From assembly GCA_964016885.1 (NCBI GenBank), contig OZ024759.1:29016001-29080000 (forward strand): 64,000 nt of DNA, in the 5' to 3' direction. Below the pieces are notes generated by a model that ran no database searches, had not been told where the DNA came from, and saw only the letters and a list, made by a program, of their open reading frames with translations. Both the position numbers and the translations under genes were made by a program. This document shows, in pieces, positions 1 to 14,687 of the stretch (positions are counted from its first letter, which is position 1; each line of letters starts with the position of its first letter). Origin of the DNA: Eledone cirrhosa (Eukaryota).

Positions 1-665
1 ACTCACGAACATACCTCTTACACTCCCACAGTCACATACATACACACACCTCATATACAGAGTCACACACACAAATACTTCTTACACACTGCCACACACA
101 CACACACTAACACTAAATACCCCGTACACACACACTGCTACATGCACACAAACATACCTCTTACATACTGACACACACACATATCTCTTACACACACTGC
201 CCCCCCCCCACAATCTCCCCTCTCCTCTGCCCTCCCCCATATACCAATCTCTTATGAACACCGTGAGAGTGATGTTTAGTGTTATCTCTGCTAACCGCCC
301 ACCTACCCGACCCTACACCCGTTAATATCAGTTTGAAATCGGTGGTGGTGTGGATGATGTCGGCGGTGGTGGTGGTGGTGGTGGTGGTGTTGTTGACGAT
401 GTCGGCGGCGTTGGTGGTATTGGGTCTCTTATCTCTCTTTAACATTCCTCCTATCACAACTGTAAACCTGCCCTCACTTACACCTCCACCACCTCCACCA
501 CCACCACCACCAGAACCAATCATGGGACCACCGATATTGCCGTTACGTCAGACCACACACATACGCACGCACACACACAACGAGGTACCCCCCCCCCCCC
601 TTTAGAGAAATGGTAGCCAAATCTCCCTCAAATCACACATCAGTCTTTCAAAAAGGAAAATACAT

Positions 666-714
<49 letters not shown>

Positions 715-937
715 GTATGTGTGTAAATATGATAATAATGATGGCTGCCCGTTGCAAATGGTGGTGCATATGAAAAAGTGAGTCCTTCATCAGTGACCCT
801 CCAACCGTCCCAGGCATTTCATCGCTTTAAGGGCCATATGCCTCAGGTTGGTGCGAACAACGGCTAAAAAAAGTCGTTGGGACACGTAAATAAAGGGGAC
901 GTTAGTGTAACAAACAAAATATATATATATATACTGT

Positions 938-1135
938 ATAACGAAGGAATTGTGGTAAGGAACCAGATGGACCATAACGCACCAGAGTACTCAATACTTA
1001 GTGTAGTAGAGTGGGAAATAGGAAAAAGTATGACCCCGACGGCAGAGCTGAAGCCGTTTCGACGGCTATTTCTGGACTGGAATAGCCGTCGAAACGGCTT
1101 GATCTCTGCCGTCGGGGGTCATACTTTTCCCTATA
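938..1135. mobile_element. Fold-back PLE-like element, family A (3' half of hammerhead: GAAA-CGGC-loop-GCCG-UC)
   Basis: Inverted arms ~1015-1072/1079-1135. Plus arm reads gaaa cggc ttgatctct gccg tc gggg. Left arm continues to the 3' tail with the gtactcaata motif (987-996). Flanked by (TA)n. Homologous to 12421, 48236, 60068. Confidence 0.7.
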
Positions 1136-1137
1136 TA

Positions 1138-1200
<63 letters not shown>

Positions 1201-1498
1201 AAAAGTTTAGTGCTCGACAGCTGAGATCACGCCGTGTCCAAGTTGAAACGGGATGAGCTCAGCCGTCGGGCACTAACTACTCTATACCCACACTCGATTT
1301 TTCCAATTTTCGAGTACTTAGCTGAACATGATCAGTATTGGGATTGATTCTTTCTCGATATCTCTTCCTCTCTCTCTCTCTCTCTAAGAAATCAGTCGTG
1401 TTTGGACCCAGGAAGGGAATAGGCTCCGCCAAGTTGATATGTGCTTCATCAGGAGTTACAGGTCGTTACACACATATGCATGTATGTATGGACACCTG

Positions 1499-2487
1499 TA
1501 ACTCCCGTTGGAGTGGTAGGGGCACCGTGGTGACATACAGCGTACCTTGGACTCTTTTTAACCTGGCGGAGCCCTAACTCCCGTTGGAGTGGTAGGGGCA
1601 CCGTGGTGACATACAGCGTACCTTGGACTCTTTTTAACCTGGCGGAGCCCTAACTCCCGTTGGAGTGGTAGGGGCACCGTGGTGACATACAGCGTACCTT
1701 GGACTCTTTTTAACCTGGCGGAGCCCTAACTCCCGTTGGAGTGGTAGGGGCACCGTGGTGACATACAGCGTACCTTGGACTCTTTTTAACCTGGCGGAGC
1801 CCTAACTCCCGTTGGAGTGGTAGGGGCACCGTGGTGACATACAGCGTATCTTGGACTCTTTTTAACCTGGCGGAGCCCTAACTCCCGTTGGAGTGGTAGG
1901 GGCACCGTGGTGACATACAGCATATCTTGGGCTCTTTTTAACCTGGCGGAGCCCTAACTCCCGTTGGAGTGGTAGGGGCACCGTGGTGACATACAGCGTA
2001 TCTTGGACTCTTTTTAACCTGGCGGAGCCCTAACTCCCGTTGGAGTGGTAGGGGCACCGTGGTGACATACAGCGTATCTTGGGCTCTTTTTAACCTGGCG
2101 GAGCCCTAACTCCCGTTGGAGTGGTAGGGGCACCGTGGTGACATACAGCGTATCTTGGGCTCCTTTTAACCTGGCGGAGCCCTAACTCCCGTTGGAGTGG
2201 TAGGGGCACCGTGGTGACATACAGCGTATCTTGGGCTCTTTTTAACCTGGCGGAGCCCTAACTCCCGTTGGAGTGGTAGGGGCACTGTGGTGACATACAG
2301 CGTATCTTGGGCTCTTTTTAACCTGGCGGAGCCCTAACTCCCGTTGGAGTGGTAGGGGCACCGTGGTGACATACAGCGTATCTTGGGCTCTTTTTAACCT
2401 GGCGGAGCCCTAACTCCCGTTGGAGTGGTATGGGCACCGTGGTGACATACAGCGTATCTTGGGCTCCTTTTAACCTGGCGGAGCCCA
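1499..2487. repeat. Tandem array, 76-bp unit, ~13 copies
   Basis: Unit taactcccgttggagtggtaggggcaccgtggtgacatacagcgta(c/t)cttgg(a/g)ctctttttaacctggcggagccc, repeated near-perfectly with no spacers. Confidence 0.97.
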
Positions 2488-2920
2488 TCCTGTCCGATTT
2501 CTGAGAGAGAGGAGGGTGGAGAAAGAGGGAGAGTAGGAAGTGAGAAAGAGATATATAGGAACAATCAACCCCAATACTACACTGGTACTTTTTTTTAACA
2601 ACCTCAAAATGTGAAAGGCAATGTGTATAAAGAGATAAAGGATATTAAAATATATTTAGAAAGATATTAAAATATCTTTCTAAAGATATAGAGATGCTAA
2701 GAACATAATTAATATTTCATAGAAGTTATAGAAGTTATAAAGATTTCTGTATAATACAAGCCTGCCGGCGCTAAGGGGTTTGGGGGCTTAATGTGGAAAC
2801 TTGTTGAATGATCTTTAGTTTTTACTACACTGATTTTCTCTTGACTCTAAATATGCTAATACGATTATATTTTTTTCATTTCTTTCCCACTCTCGTATTG
2901 GTGATAAAAGAGCGTGAGAT

Positions 2921-3104
2921 AATTGTTTCTACTTTAGGCACAAGGCCAGCAATTATCCAGTGCATTACTGGTACTTTATTTTATCGACCCCGTAAGGATG
3001 AAAGGCAAAGTTAACCTCGGCAGGATTTGAACCCAGATCATAAAGGGGCGTAACTCTGTGCTACAAAGCATGTTGTCCGACCCTCTACCGATACTGCCAA
3101 TCCT
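2921..3104 (-). mobile_element. tRNA-derived SINE, family 1
   Basis: Reverse complement has A-box tggcagtatcgg, B-box g(a/g)gttcaaatcc, core gcctttcatccttacggggtcgataaaataaagtaccag and tail gtagaaacaatt; more than 12 copies in the window. Confidence 0.85.
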
Positions 3105-3499
3105 AACTAATAATACACATGTAGAGTATATATATACTTAAGCCCCTCCAATCCCATAACTGTGGCTGAAGATCTAATATGTTAAACATAGAGGTGCTAA
3201 GTATAGAGTTAGTACTTCATAAGAAATATAGGGCTGTATGTATAATATGTATAAAGAGCTAAAATATATAATTACATTTAGAGAGGCATAGAGGTGCTAA
3301 GAAAATATAAAGAAAATGTAGTTAATATTTCACAGCAAATATACGGATTTCTGTATATGTATAAATGAATGATTAGGACGTCTATGAACAGTCTTTTGAT
3401 TTGATAGATGGCGCCATATAAATAAGGGCTGTAAGATGTTTGTTCTCTATTTATTTCTTCCACGTTTTTTTTCTCTCCATTCTCCATATAAACTCAAGC

Positions 3500-3700
3500 T
3501 CTATCGTTGAATAGCGTCTTCGATCTTTATGTAAGCCCTTATTGGTTCTGAGTTCAAATCTCACCGAGGTTAGCTTTGCCGTTCATCCTTACGGGAGTCG
3601 ATAAAATAAAGTACCAGTAATGAACTGAGGTCGATTTAATCGACTTTCCCCTCTCGCTATATTGCTGGCCTTGTGCTTAAAGTAGAAACAATTATTATTA
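3500..3700 (+). mobile_element. SINE family 1 (diverged head)
   Basis: gagttcaaatc B-box, core and gtagaaacaatt(att)n tail. Confidence 0.8.
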
Positions 3701-3745
3701 TTATTTTTGCAGCATTTTGTTACGGCCCTTTACGTTATAAATCAT

Positions 3746-4127
3746 TTAACCATTTCGTGCCTGCATTCCTAATGAAATACGTGATTGCAATTAATTAGTG
3801 AAGAATTTTGAAGGATTTACTAAAATTAATTGATTATTTCATTCATAAAATAGTAATTTAACATATCGTTCTTGTATAAAATTATGTTGGAAGATTTTAA
3901 TTATAAGAGGAATCCTGTAAAATACGGGTGGTTTTGTTTCATAGAACCAGAGAGGGTCTTGTGAATGTTGGTGTCAAATAGGAACCCTTTAAAATAGGTG
4001 GTTTTTCTTTCATAAAACTAGAGCTATTTTGGGCCAGGTTGATATCAAAAAGGAACCCTTTAAAAAGCGTGGTTTTGTTTCATAGAATCGGAGCCAGTTT
4101 TGCCCAAGTTGATACCAACAGGGTTAA
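3746..4127. mobile_element. piggyBac-like non-autonomous element
   Basis: ttaaccatttc... to ...gggttaa ends with internal subterminal repeats (ggaaccctttaaa..ggtggttttgtttcatagaa). Related pieces at ~50620-50703, ~51290-51527 and ~58380-58440. Confidence 0.45.
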
Positions 4128-4168
4128 CAGGGTCAATTCTTATAAACAACACTAATATCAATACCTTC

Positions 4169-4204
<36 letters not shown>

Positions 4205-4486
4205 ATAAAGGCAATGAAAGACCACAGTTTGACAAGTTGATAACTAAACAAATCCCACCCTACAATTTAAGATCTTGCATACTTTCACATCATACGCCCT
4301 CACACACATACATCTATGCACAAACACACACACACACACACACATATATTTATATATAATTATAAGGCAAGTTACTACAACGGCGCCACGCCAGGAACGT
4401 ACGTTTCGTTGGATTCGAGAGCCAAGTTGTTGAACCTGTGTCAATGGAATGTAGGAAGCATGCATCTAGACAAGTTATTTTGAAAT

Positions 4487-4570
<84 letters not shown>

Positions 4571-4800
4571 CTGAAAATCACTCTCTCAACACACACGTGT
4601 GTTTGTAGTGTTTTCCACTCAAAACCTATATATTACCAGACGTTTTTAATGTTTGGTAAATAGGAGGACTACTACACTTCGCTAGGGAGGCTTAATATGA
4701 CCAAAACATCCAGTATTATCACTACTAATTGAATGTCCCACCACCTATTCAAATTTTACTCAATTTAGATTTCGGAATTGTTTAATTATCTCTATATTTG

Positions 4801-4873
<73 letters not shown>

Positions 4874-4923
4874 TAGGTCAAGCGTGATCATCGCGATTCA
4901 CATACGACCTACCATACATCTTG

Positions 4924-4963
<40 letters not shown>

Positions 4964-5361
4964 CACATATACATACATACATATAGTTTTTTGTAATTTT
5001 ATGTCTATGTCTCTTTGTGTCTATATATTTGCCTGTCTGTCTAGATCTCTCTATCTACATAGAGAGATATATAGGTATTTTCTTATGTCTATCTATATAT
5101 CTATTATATAATTTTTTGTTCATTCATCTATCAACTTTAACTAATTACCTTCGTATATATATATATATATATGTGTGTGAGTGTGTGTGTGTATGTAAAT
5201 GTGTATATATATATGTGTGTGTGTGTGTATATATGTGTATATATATAATATATATAATTCATTGAATCACCTATACTATATGTATGTCTATTTATCTATC
5301 AACCATAACCTACCTTCGTATATCTATCTCTCTACCTGTCTGTATACAAATCTATCTATAC

Positions 5362-6092
<731 letters not shown>

Positions 6093-6111
6093 ACGTCCAC
6101 CCCTTACAAAT

Positions 6112-6158
<47 letters not shown>

Positions 6159-6557
6159 GCATTCTCCTTCCATTTCAGACCTGCATTGAAACACACACAC
6201 CACACCACACCACACACACCACACACACCACACCACACACACCACCAAAGTTCCACCTGTTGGGGGCTGTCTATGTTGTGAAAGGTGACAAAAATAAAAG
6301 TGTGACACTTGATGCCAATCTCCCTCTCTCTTTTTTTTTTGTTTTCCAACTTTAACTAAACCAGTTGTTGTTGTCACCGTTGTGGCTGCTGTTGTTGTTG
6401 TTGTTCTTCATATTGTCCTTGTTTTTTCTCCTCCTTGTTGACATGTCAAAATGGCGCTTATTTCACTATTTTTCTTAAGACTTTAAAAAAAAAAAATGTT
6501 TTTAAATACTTTTCTCTGTTCAATTTAGTTCCCCTTTCACGTGTGTGTATGTGTATG

Positions 6558-6618
<61 letters not shown>

Positions 6619-6625
6619 AAATATA

Positions 6626-7027
<402 letters not shown>

Positions 7028-7380
7028 ATTCTACAGTCCAGTCTCAAAAGAGCTGATATATATATTACACACCAAAGTAAAGATATATTGACCTAGCTTA
7101 CAACCGACCTCCATTTGCAATTACATACACATACACATGCATAGAAGACATATACATCCATACGAACGTACATCCAGATACACTGCCAAATACATCACAC
7201 ACACCCGGATACACCGCCACCTAGCCATACATATGTAGTTACCCACACACAGACACATATTTATCTATTCTTTTCATGTCCTATCATCAAAAATCTGTTT
7301 TTGTTCTAAGTATGTGTGTATGTATGTGATGTGTGTACGTTATATACTAGTGTGTGTTTATCTATGTTTGTGTGTGTGCC

Positions 7381-7430
<50 letters not shown>

Positions 7431-7576
7431 TACACGCACACATGTTTGTGTATATATATTTATATATATATCTTTAACGGTTTCTCACTAATCTCACTAA
7501 ACTGCCTGCCTAGTATGATTGATGAGAATTTGTGTTATATCTTGTGTGTATGTGTAATGTACGTATTGGGTATGTA

Positions 7577-7640
<64 letters not shown>

Positions 7641-7839
7641 TAATATATATATATATAATATATTATAATATACTATAATATATATATATATATATAATAT
7701 ATTATAATATATATATATATTAGGTATCTGCACCTATACACATACACTCACAGTGTATACCTATACCTCGTGTCATTTTAGTCTTTAACAATTTGACAGC
7801 GGAACCTATTTACTAACGTAAGATCTTTGACCCTTGTAT

Positions 7840-7891
<52 letters not shown>

Positions 7892-9032
7892 TACATATAT
7901 ATATATATACATACATACACACACAGCTCGAGTCAGTAAGGGGTTATGTACGTAACCAAATAAAATTGCGAGGACGTCTTTTTAACCTTTCCTCCTAAAT
8001 CTTCTCTCTCCCTTCCTGGCCCTTACCCCCACTTTCGTCTCCCCTCCTTCACTTTTTTAACATGTCTTCTCTTCCTTCTTCGTCTTCCTCACACTCCACC
8101 TCCCCCTACTCCTACTGCTCAACATTCTAAATCTCCACTTTCTCTCCATTTAAAAGCACTGACCCGTCAAAATTTAGTCAAATTTCCCGTCAAATCACAT
8201 TGCAATGTCAAAAAGAAAAATAACGAACAAAAAGTACACACACAAAGAAAGCGGAAAGAACACGTTAAATACTGTGCTCCGAGATACACTGTGTACAAAT
8301 AAAATAAGTTTATATATGTAGAGATTCTGGCTGGAATACCACCTCCCATCATATATTATATATTATACAGGGTTGTCAGAGCAATTTTATATAAAGTAGC
8401 ACACAAACTTAACTCCGTAATGTAGCGGATTGTAATGCCGGATTAACTTAGTAACAAGAGTGTCATTTGCTATGTCCCTTATTTTCAGGGACCCCACACT
8501 AAATACTTTATACCAGGCATTTTTAACATGCGGTCCTTTACAAGCGCACCTGCGGCCCGCACAAAGGTTTTTACTGCGCGACCATGTTTTATCTTCGTAA
8601 TATAAACTTTAAAAAATTAGTTGTAATGTGCGCAATTAGTTGTGTGTGACCCTCAGACAACACATATGCGACCCATGTGGCCCTCGGTTTGACATGGTTG
8701 CTTTATACTATAGTACTTACTATACTATATTTTATCTTTTATGTCATATTAAAAAAAAACCCCAAAACTTGTCCCCCGCTATAGTAGTATATAGTGTACT
8801 TAATCTGGTACTCCTTAAACACACGGCTATGCATATATATATATATATATATATATGCAAAAGTTCTATTTAAAATTGTTGGGATACAACAAGTAAATAT
8901 TTTTATAACTGATATAAAGCACTCGACAAGTATTTGGAGTAGATATACGATATTAATCCAGATGGCTTCCAAAAATAATGGTTGCATTTTAAAAGGGTAC
9001 GTCAAAGCTTATTTGTAAAACTGTTATATATT

Positions 9033-9105
9033 GTATTTTGTCTGATGAAGGCATACCATAATTTAATTTGGTATCCCCGAAATATGTATAATGAAATAAA
9101 TATGG
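9033..9105 (+). ncRNA. Type I hammerhead ribozyme motif (PLE-type, diverged)
   Basis: tattttgt CTGATGA aggcatacca-loop-tggtatcccc GAAA tatgta TA atgaaata. Confidence 0.55.
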
Positions 9106-9137
9106 TTTTATAAATATAGTTTCCATTTATTAATATC

Positions 9138-9210
<73 letters not shown>

Positions 9211-9320
9211 CAACAGTGACATAAACAGCTACTCAAGTTTCGTTTGGTTCTGGGCCCCAATTTGTTCAGCCTGTCATGAGAAAAATGGCTCTTGGATATT
9301 TCCACTCAACTTTTACTTCA

Positions 9321-9374
<54 letters not shown>

Positions 9375-9476
9375 ATGTATGTATGTATGTATGTATGTAT
9401 GTGTGTGTACACACACAATTTACTTCGTTTATTACTCAAGAGCACTTTTTTTTTTTTACTTCGAAAAATATTTCAT

Positions 9477-9790
9477 CTGGGATACGACATGCTTTGACAT
9501 GTACCCGGCTCCAACTTAGTCGCCTCGGCGACAAGCCTCGATACTGCGGCCAACCATCCAGAGGACAGGAAGACAAGCAAATACCGAAGCTTGTCCGGCC
9601 GCTTCCTCTGTGGTCGCCGTCGAGACCTCAGGCGTCCTCGGACCCCAGACAGCCCACGATCTCCTCCTCTGTAAAATCGGATTGATAGCAGCAGCCCCTC
9701 TTAGGAAGGAGCCCCACGAGATTGGGTGGACGTTGCACCGTGTATCGCTATTGCCATTTTGTCCGTGGGGCTCAGTCGAAACGCCGCTCT
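9477..9790 (+). pseudogene. Degenerate CRE-clade non-LTR restriction-like endonuclease fragment
   Basis: Frameshifted WDTTC.D...KYRSLSGRF..VAVETSGVLGP..LHRVSL, homologous to 16337-16678. Confidence 0.7.
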
Positions 9791-9805
9791 GATCTAGGTG
9801 TAAAA

Positions 9806-10096
9806 CAGTCATGGGCAACCTGTAGCCCGCGAAGCTTTCTGAATGGGTCGCCTAAGTCACCTAAGTGAAATCTTTCTGATTTCTTTACCCCAACTTTTCA
9901 GTCGTAATTTATCTTTTTATCATTTTTACGATCGAGAAAAACAACGTGTACGAATTCTGAAGAAACAAATCAAAATAACCTGAGTTACCGCCCCTTTTTT
10001 TACTGTGGACGCGAATGTAAATTAACGCTTGAGGCCCGCCTGATGATGAACCATATCTCATGCGGCCGGCTTCTCGAAAAAGGTTGCCCATGCCTG
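9806..10096. mobile_element. hAT-type MITE (~291 bp)
   Basis: TIRs cagtcatgggcaacct / aggttgcccatgcctg; 8-bp TSD gtgtaaaa (9798-9805) / gtgtaaag (10097-10104). Confidence 0.8.
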
Positions 10097-10611
10097 GTGT
10101 AAAGTCTGTCATTCTCTTCTCTTCCCTCTTTCTTTTTTCCTTTGTCTAGTAGTCCTTACTCTTCTCCTTTTCTTCTCATTTATGGCATTTATAGTTCTTC
10201 CCAATGCTGCTCTTTTTGTGGATGCTTATATTTCGAAAAGTAACGTACCAAATAGTTTAATACTTAAGAATAGATCGTAGTGAAGTCTGGAAAAAATATC
10301 GTAATCCGCTACATGTGTACACCAATCTCTGTGGTGTGAGTCGGGAGGATATTTAGCTACTAATTTTAGCACTATTGCTGCTATATAATTTCTGTCGGCT
10401 GTTATTTATTGATGTTATAAGCTTCTTTGATCTCTGGTTCAACTCTTTTGATGTGTTTTTCTTAGGATTCTATTTTTTCCTTTCTTCTGTAATTTATCAA
10501 TTTTATTTGGTGGTGGTGGTTGAAGGCGGGCACCATTTTGTATAAACACACCAATACAAATATATGTCTCCTCTCTCTCTCTTTCGCTCTTTGTATGTGT
10601 ATATATACATT

Positions 10612-10688
<77 letters not shown>

Positions 10689-11019
10689 GTATATGTGTGT
10701 CTAAGAACCCGTGCTTTGAAAGCCAATGCAGATGTGTCTCACTCTCTCTCTCTCTATATATATATATATATTTGTGTGTGTGTGTGTGTGTGTATGTATA
10801 GTTGTGTAAGAACATGTTACTTTGAAAGCCAATACAGATGTGTGTGTATATGTATATGTATATATATATATATTGATATATATATATATTGTGTGTATAG
10901 TTTGCGTAAGAACCTGTTGCTTTGGACGCCATCTTTCCTGCTACCAAACAAATGTATTTCAATCACAATAAGGCTGTATACACGGACGAACGGGATAGAG
11001 AAATGAGATATTATAAGGG

Positions 11020-11428
11020 TGTTGGATTGGCAGAATTGGTAGAGCGTCGGACAAAAACATTTGCGTCATATAGTTACGGCCCTTTTATATTCTGAGTTCA
11101 AATCCCGCCTTTCATCATTGCGGGGTCGTAAAATAAAGTACCAGTAACGCGCTGGGGTCGATTTAATCGACTTAACCTTCCCCCAGATTGTTGGCCCTAC
11201 ACCTAAATCAGAAACCATTAATGGCGGTGGATTAATGGCAGAATCGGTAGAGTGTCGGACAATATGCTTTGCGATATATAGTTACGTCAATTTACGTTCT
11301 AGTTTCTGAGTTCATCTCTCACCGAAGTTAGCTTTGCCTTCCATCCTTACGTGGTCGATAAAATAAAAAGTACCAGTAATGTACTGGGGTAATTTGCTGG
11401 CCCTCTGCCCAAAATAGAAACAAATTAT
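11020..11428 (+). mobile_element. Two tandem SINE family 1 copies
   Basis: Each has an A-box (tggcagaat(t/c)gg), a B-box-like motif and the core. Confidence 0.75.
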
Positions 11429-12420
11429 TATAATCTTGTGCATGAATTCCGACACACAACCATAACGGAAAAGCTGGGTTTTATTTTATTTGTTTGCAAT
11501 TGTTTGCCTGTCTAATTCGCCCCCGACTATACACATCTTTCTCATTTCCTTTCCAAACTCCGTTTCCCGAAGAAGGACTTATGTCCAATACGTCGAAACA
11601 CTCGTTTACTTCTTCCCAAGCGTGAAACTAATAAGACTTTGGTGTGTTTTTGCATCTCTGTGTTTGTCTCGTCTATTCTTGAACTACACACACACACACA
11701 TATATATACACATACACACATACACACACACACATACCCACACATATATACACATATACACACACACACTCCATCCACCCATCGTCCGATACTTTTAAGC
11801 TGTTTTTCTTCGCCGTTTCTATCTCATTATCTCTCTTATACATCTAATCACTACCACCGCCACCACCACCAGCATTACTACTACCACCACCACCACCACT
11901 ACTACCACTGCCACCACCACCATCATTACCACTATCACCCCACCACCACCACCACCACCACTACTACCAGCCACCACCTTTCACCTAAATCTCACATTTC
12001 TAACTCTTCTCGAAAACGATAAAATACAAAACACAAATTCTCTTTTTCTCATACAAATACTCACATTTCTTCCCCCTCACTACCACCCCTCCCCCCACAC
12101 ACACAAACTTACTTTCTCTTCTCTACTCATACACACACACACTTCTGTATCACACACACTAACACAAAAATCGTCACCGTCCCCATGTTTCTATTAACAC
12201 CACCACCACTACCACCACATTAACAACAACCCTTTAATTATAGTATAATATATCCGAACCCTTCAGAATAATATAACTACCCTTTAATTAGACAATAACA
12301 CCTCTACACCCCCCCTCTAATGTTCGATCATGCCCCAATCCTCTCTCTCTCCCCCTCTCTCTCTAGTTGACAAACCCCTTAACTAGTATTTCCCTATAAA
12401 ATCTCTCTCTCTCTCATATA

Positions 12421-12610
12421 TATAACGAAAGAAGGGTGGTAAGAAACCAGGAGGAACATAACCACCAAAGTACTCGATACTGGGTAGTAGAGTGGGTATA
12501 GGAAAAGAGTCAGGACCCCGACGGCTGAGCTCCGGCCGTTTCGACAGCTAGTTCAAACCTACTTTCGAAACGGCCGAAGCTCAGCCGTCGGGGTCCTGAC
12601 TCTTTTCTGA
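12421..12610. mobile_element. Fold-back PLE-like element, family A
   Basis: Arms ~12502-12544/12565-12607; gaaa cggc cgaagctca gccg tc ggggtc; left arm extends to the gtactcgata motif and TA repeat. Confidence 0.7.
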
Positions 12611-12774
12611 TACATACATATATATATTTCCTTACTGACGAGATTTTTTAGGGTTTAGAGTGAGCTAAAATAACTATTTATCTCCCCCTACCTTCCCTAT
12701 ACATATGGCCGCGACCACGTAGATCAAGATTCCGTCCCGCTGCGCGGCATCTTGAGTGTACTTGTGTTCTAAAT

Positions 12775-12960
12775 AATTGTTTCTACTTTAGGCACAAGGC
12801 CAGCAACTACCCAGTGCCTCACTGGTACTTTATTTATCGACCCCGTAAGGATGAAAGGCAAAGTCAACCTCGGCGGGATTTGAACTCAGATCGTAAAGGG
12901 ACGTAACTATGCTAGAAAGCATGGCGTCCGACCCTCTACCGATACTACCAATCCACCGCC
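12775..12960 (-). mobile_element. SINE family 1
   Basis: Full-length match to the 39557 and 55043 copies. Confidence 0.85.
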
Positions 12961-13027
12961 CTTGTGTTCTAAATAATGCCTTGTCAATGAAACTGCATAA
13001 GCCCGTCATGTGTATGTATGTATGTAT

Positions 13028-13352
13028 ATATATAAATCAGGAAAGAAGAGTGACACGGTTTGTTATACAAAAAAGGTTTTTAATCTCATTGCTGACAATT
13101 GTTTCTCTGAACTGGTAGGTCTAGAGATCGCTACCCGCTTGTTTTCGCGTCATTCGATCACCAATACATAGTTGTAACCAGTCAATTCATCGGAGCTTGT
13201 GATGAATTGACTATGTATTGGTGATCGAATGACGTGAAAATAAGCGGGTAGCGATCTCTAGACCTACCAGTTCAGAGAAACAATTGTCAGCAATGAGATT
13301 AAAAACCTTTTTTTGTATAGCAAACCGTGTCACTCTTCTTTCCTGATTTATA
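13028..13352. mobile_element. Fold-back element (~145-bp arms) with candidate long-stem-II hammerhead on the minus strand (13091-13196)
   Basis: Near-perfect inverted arms between (TA)n tracts. Minus strand: gct CCGATGA attgactggt...accagttcaga GAAA caattg TC agc. Confidence 0.65.
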
Positions 13353-13526
13353 TATATATATATATTTATGATGATTTCTTACGAATGAAACAGTTCTAGT
13401 CCGGTGGAAGTCTTTCTATAATAAAATGAATATACTTACACTCCTTTAACGTATTGAGTGCCCTTTTTACATTGGTCACTTGATTTAAATTGCCCCTCAC
13501 CCCCTCCTCTTTCCATACAAGAGAGC

Positions 13527-13830
13527 GGATTGGTATAGTCGGTAGAACGTCGGATAGAATGCTTTGTGGTATTCGGTTCTGCTCATCTCAGCTCAAATCC
13601 TGTTGAGCTCAACTTTGCCTTTCAACCATTCAAGGGCGATAAACAAAACGTACCAGTCTAGTACTGGGATCGATTCTTCCTCTATATCTCTGTCTCACTG
13701 TTATTCTCTCACTCTCTCTATGTCCTTCTCTGGAAGATATCTCCTGTATTTGACCTGGAGAAGAGATGAGCTCCGCCAGGTTTTAAAAATGTCCTAGAAA
13801 TGCTGTGTCACCCGGGAAGTTACAGGAGCA
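13527..13830 (+). mobile_element. SINE family 1 variant with CT-rich linker and extended 3' tail
   Basis: Diverged SINE head and core followed by gagctccgccaggtt...gttacagg, the reverse complement of the 76-bp satellite unit. Confidence 0.55.
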
Positions 13831-14687
13831 CACCATACCATTTTACATCTTACTCATACATTCCCTATTTTGGTGTGGTTTCTATGGCTGAACAAGATAG
13901 TTATAAGTAAGGGGCAGTGATATTCATGCTACAACGAAGAAGAACCTCAAGAATTTAAGGGAGTCACAATTCTGGGAACAACGGCCCAACAGGTTGATAA
14001 ATGAGCTAGAAAGGTCGCAAGCCAATACGGCGACCCCACGGCACGTAGGATGTATATTTACACACATATATACGACGGGGTTCGTAAAGTCGTGAGCTTG
14101 ATTCCTGACAGCCAGTGGTGTCCCTTATTTTACGCTGCTCCATTCCACACACAGTAAAAAAAAAAAGGGAGTTGTGTCTAATTCAAAGGGTCATCCTTGA
14201 CAAATTCCATCACAATGAATCTCCGTGAGAACTACGTTAAGGGTACACGTGTCTATTGTATGGGATACTCAGCCACTTGCATGTTAGTTCCATGAGCAGG
14301 CTGCTGTTCTCGTCCGTTTCTCGAATAACTGGAACAGTCGTCGCCGGATCGGACGGAGGACCGTGGTACCCCCCCCCCCCAAAAAAAAAACGAAGAAGGG
14401 AAGGAAAGACGAAGGGGAAAAAAAAATCTTAAAGACATGGGAACTGCCAAGATCTAGTAACTGGCCTCATCAGCAAAAAATATAAACCAAAACCTGCTGT
14501 CCTCCTCCTCTCTCGCATCGCCTTCCTCAATCATCCTCTCTCTCTCACTCACTGCCTTCCTCAACTATACTCTTTCAAATTCTGCCCCCCCCCCCGTCCT
14601 CTTAATACTCTCTCTCTCTCTAACTCCCCCTCTCACACTCACTGTCCCTCCTCACTTCTCTCTTATTTTCTAAGAAAAAATAGCGAA

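Noticed and set aside
188-605. Gly/Thr/Pro-rich ORFs (also 24635-25085 and 34270-34887)
   Set aside because: Driven by trinucleotide repeats; no recognisable domain or clear splice structure.
1499-2487. CRISPR array or twister ribozyme in the 76-bp repeat
   Set aside because: No variable spacers and a eukaryotic context; I could not build the twister pseudoknot pairings.
14070-14470. Possible mariner relic (tacgacgggg..aaagt end; FIVMEFV on the minus strand)
   Set aside because: Too degenerate to support by eye.
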